From: an uncultured Muribaculaceae bacterium
GTDB lineage: Bacteria; Bacteroidota; Bacteroidia; Bacteroidales; Muribaculaceae
Length of the DNA: 64,000 bases
Assembly: GCA_910587925.1 (NCBI GenBank)
Contig: CAJUOC010000002.1
Location: 16,303-80,302, forward strand
Reading direction: 5' to 3'
In this document: in pieces, positions 27,696 through 38,077 of the stretch
Layout of the letters: the number at the start of each line of letters is the position of its first letter
How positions within the stretch are numbered: the first letter of the stretch is position 1
The notes under the pieces: model-generated
Database searches by the model: none
The model's input: only the letters and a program-made list of their open reading frames with translations
Told to the model about the DNA's origin: nothing
Translations under genes and position numbers: made by a program

Positions 27696-28234
27696 AGGCG
27701 GTCGGTCATGTATCGGGTGATTTTCTGCTTGGCTATGTGGTAGTTGACTTTGGCGGCGTCGGCCGTGGAGCCGACGATCGACGCTATGGTGGAGTAGTCG
27801 AAGTCGTCGTAGTAGCGGAGGTTGAATACTGTCTGCTGCCGAGGCGGCAGAGTCTGTATGGCCTGCTGGAGATGCACGGCCTCGAGGTCGGAGAAGTCGA
27901 AGTACTCGTCGGCCACCGGGCCGTGTGCGTCGGCCAGCGTGCCCTCGTCGATACTGATGGTGATGCCGCTGCGCCGCTGGCGCAGGGCCTCGCGGGTGGC
28001 GATGCGGTACAGCCAGGGGGCGAGCGACTCGCCGCTGCGCAGGCAGCCGATATTGCGGTATGCGCGCAGCAGGGTCTCCTGCAGGGCATCCTCGGCGTCG
28101 GCGTGTACCAGTGTGATGCGGCGGATGTGTCGGTACAGCCGCTCGCCGTAGGCCCGCACGAGCAGGCGGAATCCGTCGTCGGGGGCCGAGCCGATGCGCT
28201 CGATGATCTCTATGTCGGTGGCTGTGATGGACAT
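27692..28234 (-). CDS. ECF RNA polymerase sigma factor
   Basis: Region 2 (DAEDALQET...WLYRIA) and region 4 (LPPRQQTVFNLRYY). A TACTTTTG -7 element lies at 28272-28279. Confidence 0.92.
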   Translation of the reverse strand: MSITATDIEIIERIGSAPDDGFRLLVRAYGERLYRHIRRITLVHADAEDALQETLLRAYRNIGCLRSGESLAPWLYRIATREALRQRRSGITISIDEGTLADAHGPVADEYFDFSDLEAVHLQQAIQTLPPRQQTVFNLRYYDDFDYSTIASIVGSTADAAKVNYHIAKQKITRYMTDRL

Positions 28235-28300
28235 TTTATCGGGTATCTGTATGTAATACCCGCCCAAGCGGCAAAAGTAAAATCAGAAGGGTAAATTTTT

Positions 28301-29215
28301 TTACCGCCTGCGGAAGCGCAGCGTGGCGCGGCGGTCGGGAAACTGCACCGTGAGCAGGTGCTGCTCGATGGCGGCCCCGGCGTCGAGGGTGATGGCGGTG
28401 CCGTCGGCGGCATACCACGTGAGGTCGTACACGCCCGGGATGAGGGTGGGGCGCATCTCGGCCTTGATGCGCCCGGGGCGCCACTCGTCGGCGCGGTCGT
28501 CGGCTCCGCCGAGGTAGACGAGCAGCACGCGCCCGTCGGGAGCGACGGTCGATGCCAGCTCGTATCGGCCGCCGGGTCGCGAGCGCAACGGGTCGGTGTC
28601 GCGGTCGAAGTATGTCCACAGGCTGCATCGCGGGTCACCGCCGGCCGATGCGAGGCTCACAGCCGAGTCGGCATCAACATACCTCGGCAGAGGCGTGGCG
28701 GTGATGCGCATGGTATCGAGCAGGATATCGACGGCGCCGCTGCCGACATAGCTCTCGAGGCTCTCGAGGCTGTCGAGGCGCATGGGCATGGCGATGGTGC
28801 TCTCGGCTCTGCGACGGCCGATGGCGACCGATGCGCCGCCCTCGCCGGCTGTCAGCCGCAGCGAGACGCCGCTGCGCCATCCCGGGCCGGCATAGGGCGG
28901 TATGCGCAGCCGCAGGGTGGAGTCGACCGTGGCTGTGTCGCCCTGCTGGTGGCCCGAGGTGACGGTGAGCAGTGTGCCGGTCACATGGTCGGTGCCGTCG
29001 GCGCCTGGGTGCGAAATCTCGACAAAGCGGCCGCGGTCGCCCTCGCGCCAGCGTATGCCCCAGCGGCCGCCGCGGCGCTCGTCGGCTGTGGCGCGCACAT
29101 GCCAGCTGATGGCTGCAACGCGCTCTCCGGCCCCGGGCGCGCGGTAGAGACGGCCCGCGGCGGTGGCGGCGGTGAGCAGCAGCACGAGGAGCAGGGAGGA
29201 GAGGCGCATGTACAT
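28301..29215 (-). CDS. Hypothetical secreted protein
   Basis: Signal peptide MRLSSLLLVLLLTAATAA. It follows miaA by 4 nt. Start at 29215 or 29209. Confidence 0.65.
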   Translation of the reverse strand: MYMRLSSLLLVLLLTAATAAGRLYRAPGAGERVAAISWHVRATADERRGGRWGIRWREGDRGRFVEISHPGADGTDHVTGTLLTVTSGHQQGDTATVDSTLRLRIPPYAGPGWRSGVSLRLTAGEGGASVAIGRRRAESTIAMPMRLDSLESLESYVGSGAVDILLDTMRITATPLPRYVDADSAVSLASAGGDPRCSLWTYFDRDTDPLRSRPGGRYELASTVAPDGRVLLVYLGGADDRADEWRPGRIKAEMRPTLIPGVYDLTWYAADGTAITLDAGAAIEQHLLTVQFPDRRATLRFRRR

Positions 29216-29219
29216 GTGG

Positions 29220-30146
29220 TCAGGGGCGCGGAGGCAGCAGAGCGGCCACGGCCTCGACAAAGGCCGCCGGCTCCATGTCGTATGGCAGCCAGGTGATGCG
29301 GTGGCCGCGGCGCTCCATGCCGCGAAACCATGTCATCTGCCGCTTGGCAAACTGGTGTATGGCCGTCTCCAGCCCGCTCACCATCTCGTCGCGGGTGGTG
29401 CGGCCGAGCACATACTCGGTGAGATACTTGTATTCGAGGCCGTATCGCAGGAGGTTTTCGGCCGGCACTCCCGACGCGAGCAGGCCCTCGACCTCGGCCA
29501 CCATACCGGCGTCGAGCCGGCGCTGAAGGCGGTCGGTGATGCGGGCGCGGCGCACGTCGCGGGGGATGTCGACGCCCACCACCACGGCGCCGGTGCGCGG
29601 GTGGGGGCGCGTAAGCTCCGCCTCGTCGGGATGCGCGGCGTAATATGTGGCAATCTCGATGGCGCGGATGGCGCGGGCCGGCGTGTCGGTATCGGTGGTG
29701 TTGTGGAGGCGCTTCATCGATGCCAGGCGGGCGGTGAGCTCGTCGAGCGACAGGGGGGCCAGCTCGGCGCGCAGCTGCTCGTCGCGGGGCACGCGCGGCA
29801 GCCGCAGGTCATTGAGCACAGCCTCGACATACATGCCGGTGCCGCCGCAGAGTATGGGCAGCCGGCCGCGGTCGCCCACGTCGTCGATGGCTGCGGAGGC
29901 GTCGGTAAGATACTCATACAGGGTGTAGTCGGAGCATCCGGCGGGGCGCACGTCGATGAGATGGTATGGCACCCGGCCATACTCCTCGAGGTCTTTGCCC
30001 GTGCCGAGATCCATGCCGCGGTAGAGCTGGCGCGAGTCGGCGCTGATGATTTCGCCGCCGAAGGCCCGCGCGCAGTCGACGGCGCGGGCGGTCTTGCCCG
30101 AGGCGGTGGGGCCGGTGATTACCAGCAGCGGTGCGTCGGAGCTCAT
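29220..30146 (-). CDS. miaA: tRNA dimethylallyltransferase
   Basis: GPTASGKT, SADSRQLYRGMDLGTGK, GGTGMY and FAKRQMTWFR motifs. Confidence 0.95.
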   Translation of the reverse strand: MSSDAPLLVITGPTASGKTARAVDCARAFGGEIISADSRQLYRGMDLGTGKDLEEYGRVPYHLIDVRPAGCSDYTLYEYLTDASAAIDDVGDRGRLPILCGGTGMYVEAVLNDLRLPRVPRDEQLRAELAPLSLDELTARLASMKRLHNTTDTDTPARAIRAIEIATYYAAHPDEAELTRPHPRTGAVVVGVDIPRDVRRARITDRLQRRLDAGMVAEVEGLLASGVPAENLLRYGLEYKYLTEYVLGRTTRDEMVSGLETAIHQFAKRQMTWFRGMERRGHRITWLPYDMEPAAFVEAVAALLPPRP

Positions 30147-31462
30147 GCGGGCGATTGCTTGGTGAGGCCGGTGAGACGGCGCCAGAAGCGGCGCAGACGC
30201 CAGAAGGGGCGGTCTTCATTGTTGCCGGCGATGTCAAACCACGTCAGGTCGCTGTAGTCGACATCCCAGCGGCGGAAGTCGCGCAGGCGGAAGGTGGGAC
30301 GATAGTTGCGTATCGGGTACAGCCGCCGGGCATTGCGGTCGTATGTCTTCCAGGCCATGGTGATGGTGTATATGCGGTAAATCTCGTCGGCGAGCTCGGC
30401 GGCCAGGCCGGCCGAGTGCAGCAGGCGGTCGATGTCGTCGAGCGACATCCACTCGCCGCGGAGCCAGCCGGTCGGGCCGGGGCGTCCGTCGTCGCCGTCG
30501 GGTATGAAGGCGGCGTAGTGTACCACGTCGGTCACCAGGTCGTGAGACTTCGAGGTGTAGAGATATCGCAGCGTAAATGTCGAGCCGCCCATCAGGCGGG
30601 TCATCTCGTCGCGGGCCATCTCCTCGGTGACGGTGCCGTCGGCGGCGACTATCTCGGCGCGTGCCGGGGTGTCGTAGCGCCCCAAGCCGAGGGTCTGGAG
30701 GAGCATACGGTCGCCCGACACCACGATGTATCTCACCACCGTGGCCTGCTCGCGCTCGCCCACCGCCATGGGGCCGATGATGTCGGCGAGATTGCCCAGG
30801 CGCATCCACATGAAAAATATCGTCAGGATGAGCACCGCCAGCGGCATGTAGGCAAAGAAGAAGCGGTCGGGGGCGTTAAACGAGATATTGATATAGTAGC
30901 TGAAGTAGTACCAGCACTGTATCACGGTGAGCGTAAAGGAGATGTACAGCATCATCATCACCTGATAGCGCGACTCGCGCGAGTAGATGGTGGCCACCAC
31001 TCCGCCGCCGGGGTAGAAGCCGCTGCGGGCGCGGCAGTCGGTGCAGAATCGTGTGCCGTAGCCGCGGCATATCTGCCATATGCAGTTGACAGCCAGCATC
31101 GGGAATACCACCAGCGACGTGATGTACGGTATGTCGGTATTGTGGGTCGAGCGGTCGATGATGCCGTCGAGCAGCGTCGATGTCGTCAGGACCGATATGG
31201 CGCCCATGACCACCGCCGACCAGAATAGTGTGAGCAGGGCCACGCGCAGGGTGAGCACACATCCCGGGCCGGGTCGACGGGCCTCGCGGCGCACGTCGGC
31301 CATCAGCAGCCAGGCCATCACCACCATGGACAGCGGCAGCCATGCCGGCGGTACAATCAGGCTGAGGGCGAGAGTGGCGGCCACGGAGCCGACGGCCAGC
31401 ACCCAGTTGGCCCACAGGCCGAAGAGGATGTGACGGGTGAGGATGTTGCTTGACGGAGCCAT
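30143..31462 (-). CDS. Hypothetical multi-pass membrane protein with a soluble C-terminal domain
   Basis: About 6 TM helices in the N-half and a soluble C-half. The stop overlaps the miaA start. Confidence 0.75.
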   Translation of the reverse strand: MAPSSNILTRHILFGLWANWVLAVGSVAATLALSLIVPPAWLPLSMVVMAWLLMADVRREARRPGPGCVLTLRVALLTLFWSAVVMGAISVLTTSTLLDGIIDRSTHNTDIPYITSLVVFPMLAVNCIWQICRGYGTRFCTDCRARSGFYPGGGVVATIYSRESRYQVMMMLYISFTLTVIQCWYYFSYYINISFNAPDRFFFAYMPLAVLILTIFFMWMRLGNLADIIGPMAVGEREQATVVRYIVVSGDRMLLQTLGLGRYDTPARAEIVAADGTVTEEMARDEMTRLMGGSTFTLRYLYTSKSHDLVTDVVHYAAFIPDGDDGRPGPTGWLRGEWMSLDDIDRLLHSAGLAAELADEIYRIYTITMAWKTYDRNARRLYPIRNYRPTFRLRDFRRWDVDYSDLTWFDIAGNNEDRPFWRLRRFWRRLTGLTKQSPA

Positions 31463-31475
31463 AGCGGATGGGGGA

Positions 31476-33668
31476 TTACTTCAGGTTGCGGTCGAAGTAG
31501 CGGAGCATGTTGCCGTATACCAGCGCCCGGGAGTTGCAGCCGTTGATGGAGTGGTTCATGTCGGGAAAGACGAGCATGTCGCAGAGGATGCCGGCCTGCT
31601 GCAGGCGGCTGATGTACTCGATGGAGTTGGCGGGATGCACATTGTCGTCGGCCGTACCGTACATGAGCAGGGTGGGGCAGGCGAGCTTGTAGGGGCGCGA
31701 GAGGGGTGCCGACTCGCGGTATCCGTCTTCATTCTGCTGCGGGGTGAGCATGTAGCGCTCGGCATATACGGTGTCGTAGAAGCGCCAGTCGGTGACCGGG
31801 GCCACGGCTACTGCGGCGGCGTATGGGGCGCCGTCGGCCGAGGCGGCCATCAGAGCCTCGTAGCCGCCATAGCTCCAGCCGAAGATGCCGATGCGGGCGG
31901 GGTCGACGCCGGGCAGAGTGGCGGCGTGGCGGGCGGCGGCGAGCTGGTCGATGGTCTCGTAGTGGCCCAGGCGGCGGTACACGATGTCGCAGAAGGCGCG
32001 GCCGCGGCCGCCGGTGCCGCGCCCGTCGACGCATACCACCACATATCCGCGCATCGCAAATGCCTCCTGCCAGTCAAGCTGCCAGCGGCGCAGCACCTCC
32101 TGCGAGCCGGGACCGCTGTACTGGTACATCACGCAGGGATATTTGCGCGAGGGGTCGAAGCCGGCCGGGCGGATGACGTAGCCGTTGAGGGTGAGACCGC
32201 CATCGGCGGGCATGGTGAAAAACTCGCGCTCGGGTACCTTGCCGGCAAAGCGGGCCGCGTAGGCGGCGTTGTCCTCGACAGTGCGCAGGGCCTTGCCGGC
32301 CGAGGTGCACAGATTGTACACCGGCGGCTGCGAGGGCGAGTCGTGGCGCAGCATCATGTACTGCATGTCGGGCGAGAAGGTGGCCGATGCGTTGCCCTCG
32401 GCGGGCGACAGGGCGGTGACGCGGCCCTTGGGGTCGACGCGGCTTACGGTGCGGTCGAGCGGCGTCGGTGCGGCGGCGCGGTAGTAGTGGTTGCCGGCGG
32501 CGTCGCGGCCGTAGTAGTCGGTCACATCGAAGTCGCCGGTGGTGATGTCGCGCATCTTTGCGCCGGCATAGCTGTACTGTGTGAGGCGGTGCCAGCCCGA
32601 GGCCCATGAGTTGACCACAAATCCGTCGGAGAGCAGGGTGAGGCCTTCGTAGCTCACGGGCGAGATCCATGTCTTGGAGTCTTCGACGTAGAGCGAGCGG
32701 GCCACGGTGCTCTTAGGGTTGACGGAGTATATCTCGTAGCGGTTTTGGTCGCGGTTGAGGGTGGCCACTATCACATTGTCGCCCTGGGGCGGGTATGCCA
32801 TGCGTGGGATGTACTCGATGCGGGTGTCGGGCAGGGTGATGTCTTTGACCTTGCGCAGGTCGACGTCGTAGGAGTGGAGCGTCACGCGCGAGTTGGGCTT
32901 GCCGGCCACGGGGTACTTGTATGTGAGCGCGCCGGGATAGAGGTCGTAGCCGGGGTGGGGGTCGCAGGTACCGCCGTACAGAGTCAGGCTGTATGTGGGC
33001 ACGTCGCTCTCGTCGTAGCGCAGGTAGCAGAGGGTGGTGGCGTCGGGCGACCAGCTCATGGAGCAGGTGGTGGCAAACTCCTCCTCGTATACCCAGTCGG
33101 GCACGCCGTTGATGACGCGGCCGGCTGCGCCGTCGGTGGTCACGGCCACCTCGGTCTTGAAGTCGAGCTTCTTGATGTAGATATTGCCGCCGGCGACAAA
33201 GGCCACCATGCGGTTGTCGGGCGAGAATACGGGCGACTGCTGGCGCGGATGCTCGGCCGAGAGCGGCTGGAGTATGCGCGAGTGGCAGTCGTAGACGTAG
33301 TGCACGGCATCAGACGAGCGGCGGTATATGGGGCGCGAGTCGGTCCATACCATCACCTGTGTGCCGCCGGGGCTTACGGAAAAGCTCTCGATGGCGTCGA
33401 GCTTGAGCTCGCGGGTGCGGTCAAGCGACAGCAGCGGCTCCATAGCCTTGCCGGTGCGTATGTCGTAGCGCTCGACGGTGCGGTGGTCGTCGGAGAGCAC
33501 GGCGTAGCTCACGCCGTCGGGCAGATAGGTAAATCCGGCCGGGGCGGCGGGTTTGTTGGCGGGGAATACGTATGGCTCGACGGCCTCGACGTCGGGGTTG
33601 CCGGCCCAGGCCGCAGGCATGGCGGTGCCCAGGGCGGCGGCGAGTATGAGTATCTTATGCAGTGTCAT
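31476..33668 (-). CDS. Dipeptidyl-peptidase IV (S9B)
   Basis: Signal peptide, DWVYEEE, GWSYGG (Ser), DDNVH (Asp) and NHSI (His). Start at ATG 33668. Confidence 0.93.
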   Translation of the reverse strand: MTLHKILILAAALGTAMPAAWAGNPDVEAVEPYVFPANKPAAPAGFTYLPDGVSYAVLSDDHRTVERYDIRTGKAMEPLLSLDRTRELKLDAIESFSVSPGGTQVMVWTDSRPIYRRSSDAVHYVYDCHSRILQPLSAEHPRQQSPVFSPDNRMVAFVAGGNIYIKKLDFKTEVAVTTDGAAGRVINGVPDWVYEEEFATTCSMSWSPDATTLCYLRYDESDVPTYSLTLYGGTCDPHPGYDLYPGALTYKYPVAGKPNSRVTLHSYDVDLRKVKDITLPDTRIEYIPRMAYPPQGDNVIVATLNRDQNRYEIYSVNPKSTVARSLYVEDSKTWISPVSYEGLTLLSDGFVVNSWASGWHRLTQYSYAGAKMRDITTGDFDVTDYYGRDAAGNHYYRAAAPTPLDRTVSRVDPKGRVTALSPAEGNASATFSPDMQYMMLRHDSPSQPPVYNLCTSAGKALRTVEDNAAYAARFAGKVPEREFFTMPADGGLTLNGYVIRPAGFDPSRKYPCVMYQYSGPGSQEVLRRWQLDWQEAFAMRGYVVVCVDGRGTGGRGRAFCDIVYRRLGHYETIDQLAAARHAATLPGVDPARIGIFGWSYGGYEALMAASADGAPYAAAVAVAPVTDWRFYDTVYAERYMLTPQQNEDGYRESAPLSRPYKLACPTLLMYGTADDNVHPANSIEYISRLQQAGILCDMLVFPDMNHSINGCNSRALVYGNMLRYFDRNLK

Positions 33669-33669
33669 G

Positions 33670-35067
33670 TCAGAATAGCGAAAGTTGGTCGGGATGTACG
33701 GGAGGGGTGGCGCGCTTGCGGGGCGGACGGTATCCGAAGTCGGAGTCGTCTTCCGAGGGGCGCATCGACGGTGTCTCGGCCGGGGGTGTCTTGGTAAACC
33801 ACTCCTCCGACTCAAAAGTTTGCTCCATGGCCGATAATTCCGACTCCGATATGCGCGGGGCGGGGCTTTCCTCGGGGGCGGGGTCGACGGCCGTAGCATC
33901 GTCGGCGGCGTATGCGGCGGGGGTGTCGGCTGTCATGTGCGAGCGCAGGGTCTCAAGCTCCGAGTCGCGCTCGGCCAATTGCTGCTTGAGCCGCTTTATC
34001 TTGGTGTCGCGCGAGCGCAGGGCGCGGTCGACCTCCTCCATCTTGTGCTGCAGCTCGTTGAAGCCGTCGAGGAGCGCATTGGCCTCTTCGAGGCGCCGGC
34101 GGCAGTCTTCAAGCTCGGTGGCTGTGGCGGCTCCGGCCTCGGTGGCTTCGGCGAGGCGTGCGTCGGTATCGGCGACGCGGCGGCGCAGACCGTCGGCCTC
34201 GTCGCGGACGGCAGCCAGCTCTTCAGTGGCGGCCGACAGCGACTCTGTGGCTGTGGCCAGGCCTGCGGTGGCCTCAGCAAGACGGCGGCGCTCGTCGTCG
34301 AGCATCTCAGAGCTTACGCGCTGCTGCTCCTTGAGCGCCTCGATGCCGTCGGTCATCTCGGCGACCTGCCGGCGCAGCGCCTCGGTTTCGGCCGGGTCGG
34401 CGGCCGCCTCGGGCAGGTTGCGCAGCCGCTCTACCTCGGCCTTGAGGCGGTCTATCTCGGCGCGGGCGGCGTCGGCGTCGTCCTCGCGCACTCCGGCCAC
34501 CTTGAGGCGGTTGACCAGCGAGCGGTTTTCGAGCTCATACTGCTCGCGCTCGGCCTCGAGCTTGCCCACCACGCTCTCCAGGTCGTGGACGCGGTCAGAC
34601 AGGGCCCGCTTCTGGCGGTCGGCGCTCAGCTGCTTCTGGCGGGTGTCGGCGCTCTGCCGCTCCAGCTCGGCGCTCTTGGCGCGCACCGAGTCGAGCTCGG
34701 CGGTCAATGCCGCCTGGCGGCTCTCCCACTCGCGGCGGCAACGGGCGTCGGCGGCCTCGGAGAGGCTGTCGAGATATGCGCGCAGATCCTTGTCGAGGGC
34801 GCCGAGCAGATACTCGCGCTGCGCGGCCTGGTCGACGCTGCGCGCCAGGAAGTCGGGCAGGGCGGCGTCGAATACCTTGACCACGCTCTCGAAGATGCGC
34901 GCGCGGGCGTCGGCGCTCACCTCCAGCGGGCGATCGGCGTCGGACGGTGCGGTATCGGGCTCGGTGGCCGCAGTGTCGGAGTCGTCGGCGAGAAGACGGT
35001 CGTCATCATCATCGTCGTCGTCGCCGCCAAATCCCAGGCCGCGTTTAAGGGAGGAAAAAAAGCTCAT
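33670..35067 (-). CDS. Long coiled-coil protein with a C-terminal QLSLF motif
   Basis: Heptad-rich E/A/R/L sequence, N-terminal MSFFSSLKRGLGF and terminal DQLSLF. It overlaps the upstream gene by 4 nt and ends 1 nt before the DPP-IV start. Confidence 0.8.
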   Translation of the reverse strand: MSFFSSLKRGLGFGGDDDDDDDDRLLADDSDTAATEPDTAPSDADRPLEVSADARARIFESVVKVFDAALPDFLARSVDQAAQREYLLGALDKDLRAYLDSLSEAADARCRREWESRQAALTAELDSVRAKSAELERQSADTRQKQLSADRQKRALSDRVHDLESVVGKLEAEREQYELENRSLVNRLKVAGVREDDADAARAEIDRLKAEVERLRNLPEAAADPAETEALRRQVAEMTDGIEALKEQQRVSSEMLDDERRRLAEATAGLATATESLSAATEELAAVRDEADGLRRRVADTDARLAEATEAGAATATELEDCRRRLEEANALLDGFNELQHKMEEVDRALRSRDTKIKRLKQQLAERDSELETLRSHMTADTPAAYAADDATAVDPAPEESPAPRISESELSAMEQTFESEEWFTKTPPAETPSMRPSEDDSDFGYRPPRKRATPPVHPDQLSLF

Positions 35068-38063
35068 TGTGCAGAGTCGTTTTCAGGATTATCAGTAAGG
35101 TCGGGCACAGCCACCACACCCACGCCCTTGCGGCCGTTGATGGCCACTGTGAGCGGCGCGGGGAAGCGCACCACGCGTATGCGGCCGTCGTCGTACCCGG
35201 CGGGCATGGCGTCGAGCCGGGCAAAGTCGCAGCGGGCCTCGGCGTCGGCCGGGCTGATGGTGAAGTATCCCACGCCAAACGATGTGAGGTTGTGAAAGAA
35301 GTGTGTGCCTTGCGATGGCTCGATGCGGTATGAGTCGAGGGCCACCTCGGCGATGACGCGGGCGGCTGATATATCGGCCCAGCGCACCGGGATACCCAGG
35401 GCGGAGTCGGATGAGCCCCAGCGGCCGGGGCCGATGAGGATGTAATTTTCGTCGCGCGCGATGAAGTCGCGGTTGATGCGGTCGAGGGTGTCGACCAGGT
35501 CGGCGTTGTGGCGGGAGTCGAAGGTGTCGGGACGCACGTACACGATGGCCCGCAGGTCGTCGGTGGTGCCGTTGCCGATGGCGGTGGAGCTGCGCAGGAT
35601 GGTGCGCTCGGCCGGAGCGGCGAGCACCTCGTCGCTCACCAGCTCCTTGCGGTCGATGATGGGGCGTATCTGCAGCCAGTAGATGTGGCCGCGGCGGTCG
35701 GGCGCCGACGAGGCGTCGGCGGCGATATTGCCCGCAAACTCTATCTCGATGGGGCGGCGCATGGCCCGTTCGCCCTCGGTGAGCATGAATCCCACGGCGT
35801 CGGCCAGCGGGAATACTCCGTCGCGCAGCACGTTGTTGAATGTGATGACGCGCCGCCCGCGCCCCTCCTCATAGTCTTTGAGGTAGCCGTCGGCGGGGTC
35901 GTAGACCGATGCCATGTAGCGCAGGGCGCCCGTGTCGGCAAAGTCGCGCACCGGGCGTGTCACGATATTGTATGAGTCGTCGGTGGAGATAGCCTCGCCG
36001 GGAGCGCTCTCGGGCAGTGCACACAGTGTGGTCTGTGTCTGGCGCAGAGCCAGGTCGAGGGTCGATGTCTGAAGCACGTGGGCCGGATAGCGGGGGCAGA
36101 ATCGCAGGCCGGCGCCGCCGTCGACGATATACTTGCCCAGCCCGACGGCCACCTCGGCCACGCCGTCGTCGGGCTGCTCCTCGCCGATGGGGTAGTAGTT
36201 GAGCGAGCGGCCGACGCCCGAGAAGCTCGGGAAGTACAGCCCGCCGCGGCTCTCGCCCACCACCTCCTGGATAATCACTGCCATCTTCTCCTGGTCGATG
36301 ACATTGGATGTGGCGGTCATGTATGCCTTGCCGGCGCGGTAAAACACCGAGGCGTACACGCCCTTGATGGCGTCGCTGAGCATGCGCAGCCGCTCGTAGG
36401 GGTCGGCCACGCAGGGCACCATATATGTCGAGTATATGCCGGCAAAAGGCTGGTAATGGCTGTCTTCGAGCAGCGACGACGAGCGCACCGCCAGCGGCCG
36501 GTCGACCACATCAAACAGCGCAAAGAAGTCCTCGACCAGCCGCTCGGGCAGGCGCGCGGCCAGGAAGTGGGCGAGTATCTCGTCGTCGGGCAGGTCGCTC
36601 AGGGCCACCGGGTAGAGATTGTTGTGCGCCATAAACTCGTCGAAGATGTCGGTGCACAGCACCACGGTGCGCGGTATCGAGATGGTGGCGCCGCCGAAGT
36701 TGTCGCAGACGGGATTCTTCTTGATGATTGAGTCGATGAAAGCCAGGCCGCGGCCCTTGCCGCCCAGGCTGCCCTGGCCGATGCGGGCAAAGTTGCTGTA
36801 GTGGTCAAAGCGGTCTTTGCGGAATACGGCCACCACGCCGCGGTTTTTCATCTTGCGGTACTTCACTATCAGCTCAAAAAAGAGCTGACGCGCCGCCGGA
36901 GCCTCGGCCAGTGAGCTGAAGCGGTGGCGCTTGATGACCTCGGCGATGGGAAAGAGGGCGCGCGAGTACAGCCAGCGCGAGATGTCGTTGCGCGAGGCGT
37001 GCATGAAGAGCGAGTCGTCGGGGATGTCGAAGATATGTCGCTGGAGCGACTTGAGGTCACGCAGGCGCATGATTTCGCGCCCCGTGCCGGGCTCGCGTAT
37101 GATGAAGTCGCCAAAGCCGAAGTTGGCCATGATGGCCTCGCCCAGGTCGACGGGCAGTTTCTTGGAGTTTTTGTCGAGAAATACGGCGCCCATGGCCTCG
37201 ACGGGGGCGCGGTTTGCCGTCTCCGACGACTCGACGATGAGCGGCAGATAAGGGTCGCGCTCGCGCAGATAGCGGGCGAGCCGCAGGCCGGCGGCGGGGT
37301 CTTTTACCCCCTCGCGGTGAAAGGATACGTCGCTTATCACGCCCAGCAGATTGGAGCCGTACTGCTCGTAGAGCGCCACGGCCTCCTCATAGTCGCGGGC
37401 GAGCATCACCTTGGGGCGGCCGCGCATGCGCAGCATCTGCTCGTGCTCGTTGAGGGCCTCGGTAGAGAATTCCCTCGACTGCTTGAGCAGAAACTTGTAG
37501 ATATGCGGCAGTACCGACGAGTAAAATCTCACCGAGTCCTCGACCACCATTATCATCTGCACGCCCACCTCGGTGATGTCGGCCGCGTTGAGGCGGTCTT
37601 CCATCAGCTTGATGATGGCCAGCAGCAAGTCCATATTACCCAACCAGCTGAATACGTAGTCGATGGCGCTGAGGTCGGTCTTGGCCAGTCGTCGCGACAC
37701 TTCCTTTGAGAATGGCGTGAGCATCACCACCGGGGTGCGCGGATACTCCGCCTTGATGCGCGCGGCGCCCTCGATACACTCGGCCACATCGACGCCCGGC
37801 ATGGCTATGACCAGGTCGGTATGGTGGGCACGGCGTGACTCGAGGGCCTCGTCCATGGTGCTGACGCGGGTCACGCGCGGGGGCGAGCTGAGGTTGAGCG
37901 ACACGTACTCGAAGTACAGCTGCTCCTCGACACGCCCGTCCTCCTCCATCATGAAGGCGTCGTAAGGCGAGGCGACCAGGAGCACATTGAAGACACGGCG
38001 TTGCATCAGCTTGCCAAACGCCGTGTCTTTCATGTACAGTCGGCTCAGAGCCTGCTCATTCAT
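35064..38063 (-). CDS. PEP/pyruvate-binding domain (PPDK_N/PEP-synthase-like) protein with receiver-like N-terminal domains
   Basis: GSLGGKGRGL, AVRSSSLLEDS...FAG, MAVIIQEVVG and GLGKYIVDG (ATP-grasp of the PPDK_N family), plus REC-like segments (VLLVAS, IMVVEDS). Confidence 0.85.
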   Translation of the reverse strand: MNEQALSRLYMKDTAFGKLMQRRVFNVLLVASPYDAFMMEEDGRVEEQLYFEYVSLNLSSPPRVTRVSTMDEALESRRAHHTDLVIAMPGVDVAECIEGAARIKAEYPRTPVVMLTPFSKEVSRRLAKTDLSAIDYVFSWLGNMDLLLAIIKLMEDRLNAADITEVGVQMIMVVEDSVRFYSSVLPHIYKFLLKQSREFSTEALNEHEQMLRMRGRPKVMLARDYEEAVALYEQYGSNLLGVISDVSFHREGVKDPAAGLRLARYLRERDPYLPLIVESSETANRAPVEAMGAVFLDKNSKKLPVDLGEAIMANFGFGDFIIREPGTGREIMRLRDLKSLQRHIFDIPDDSLFMHASRNDISRWLYSRALFPIAEVIKRHRFSSLAEAPAARQLFFELIVKYRKMKNRGVVAVFRKDRFDHYSNFARIGQGSLGGKGRGLAFIDSIIKKNPVCDNFGGATISIPRTVVLCTDIFDEFMAHNNLYPVALSDLPDDEILAHFLAARLPERLVEDFFALFDVVDRPLAVRSSSLLEDSHYQPFAGIYSTYMVPCVADPYERLRMLSDAIKGVYASVFYRAGKAYMTATSNVIDQEKMAVIIQEVVGESRGGLYFPSFSGVGRSLNYYPIGEEQPDDGVAEVAVGLGKYIVDGGAGLRFCPRYPAHVLQTSTLDLALRQTQTTLCALPESAPGEAISTDDSYNIVTRPVRDFADTGALRYMASVYDPADGYLKDYEEGRGRRVITFNNVLRDGVFPLADAVGFMLTEGERAMRRPIEIEFAGNIAADASSAPDRRGHIYWLQIRPIIDRKELVSDEVLAAPAERTILRSSTAIGNGTTDDLRAIVYVRPDTFDSRHNADLVDTLDRINRDFIARDENYILIGPGRWGSSDSALGIPVRWADISAARVIAEVALDSYRIEPSQGTHFFHNLTSFGVGYFTISPADAEARCDFARLDAMPAGYDDGRIRVVRFPAPLTVAINGRKGVGVVAVPDLTDNPENDSAQ

Positions 38064-38077
38064 CAGAGCCTGTGAGC

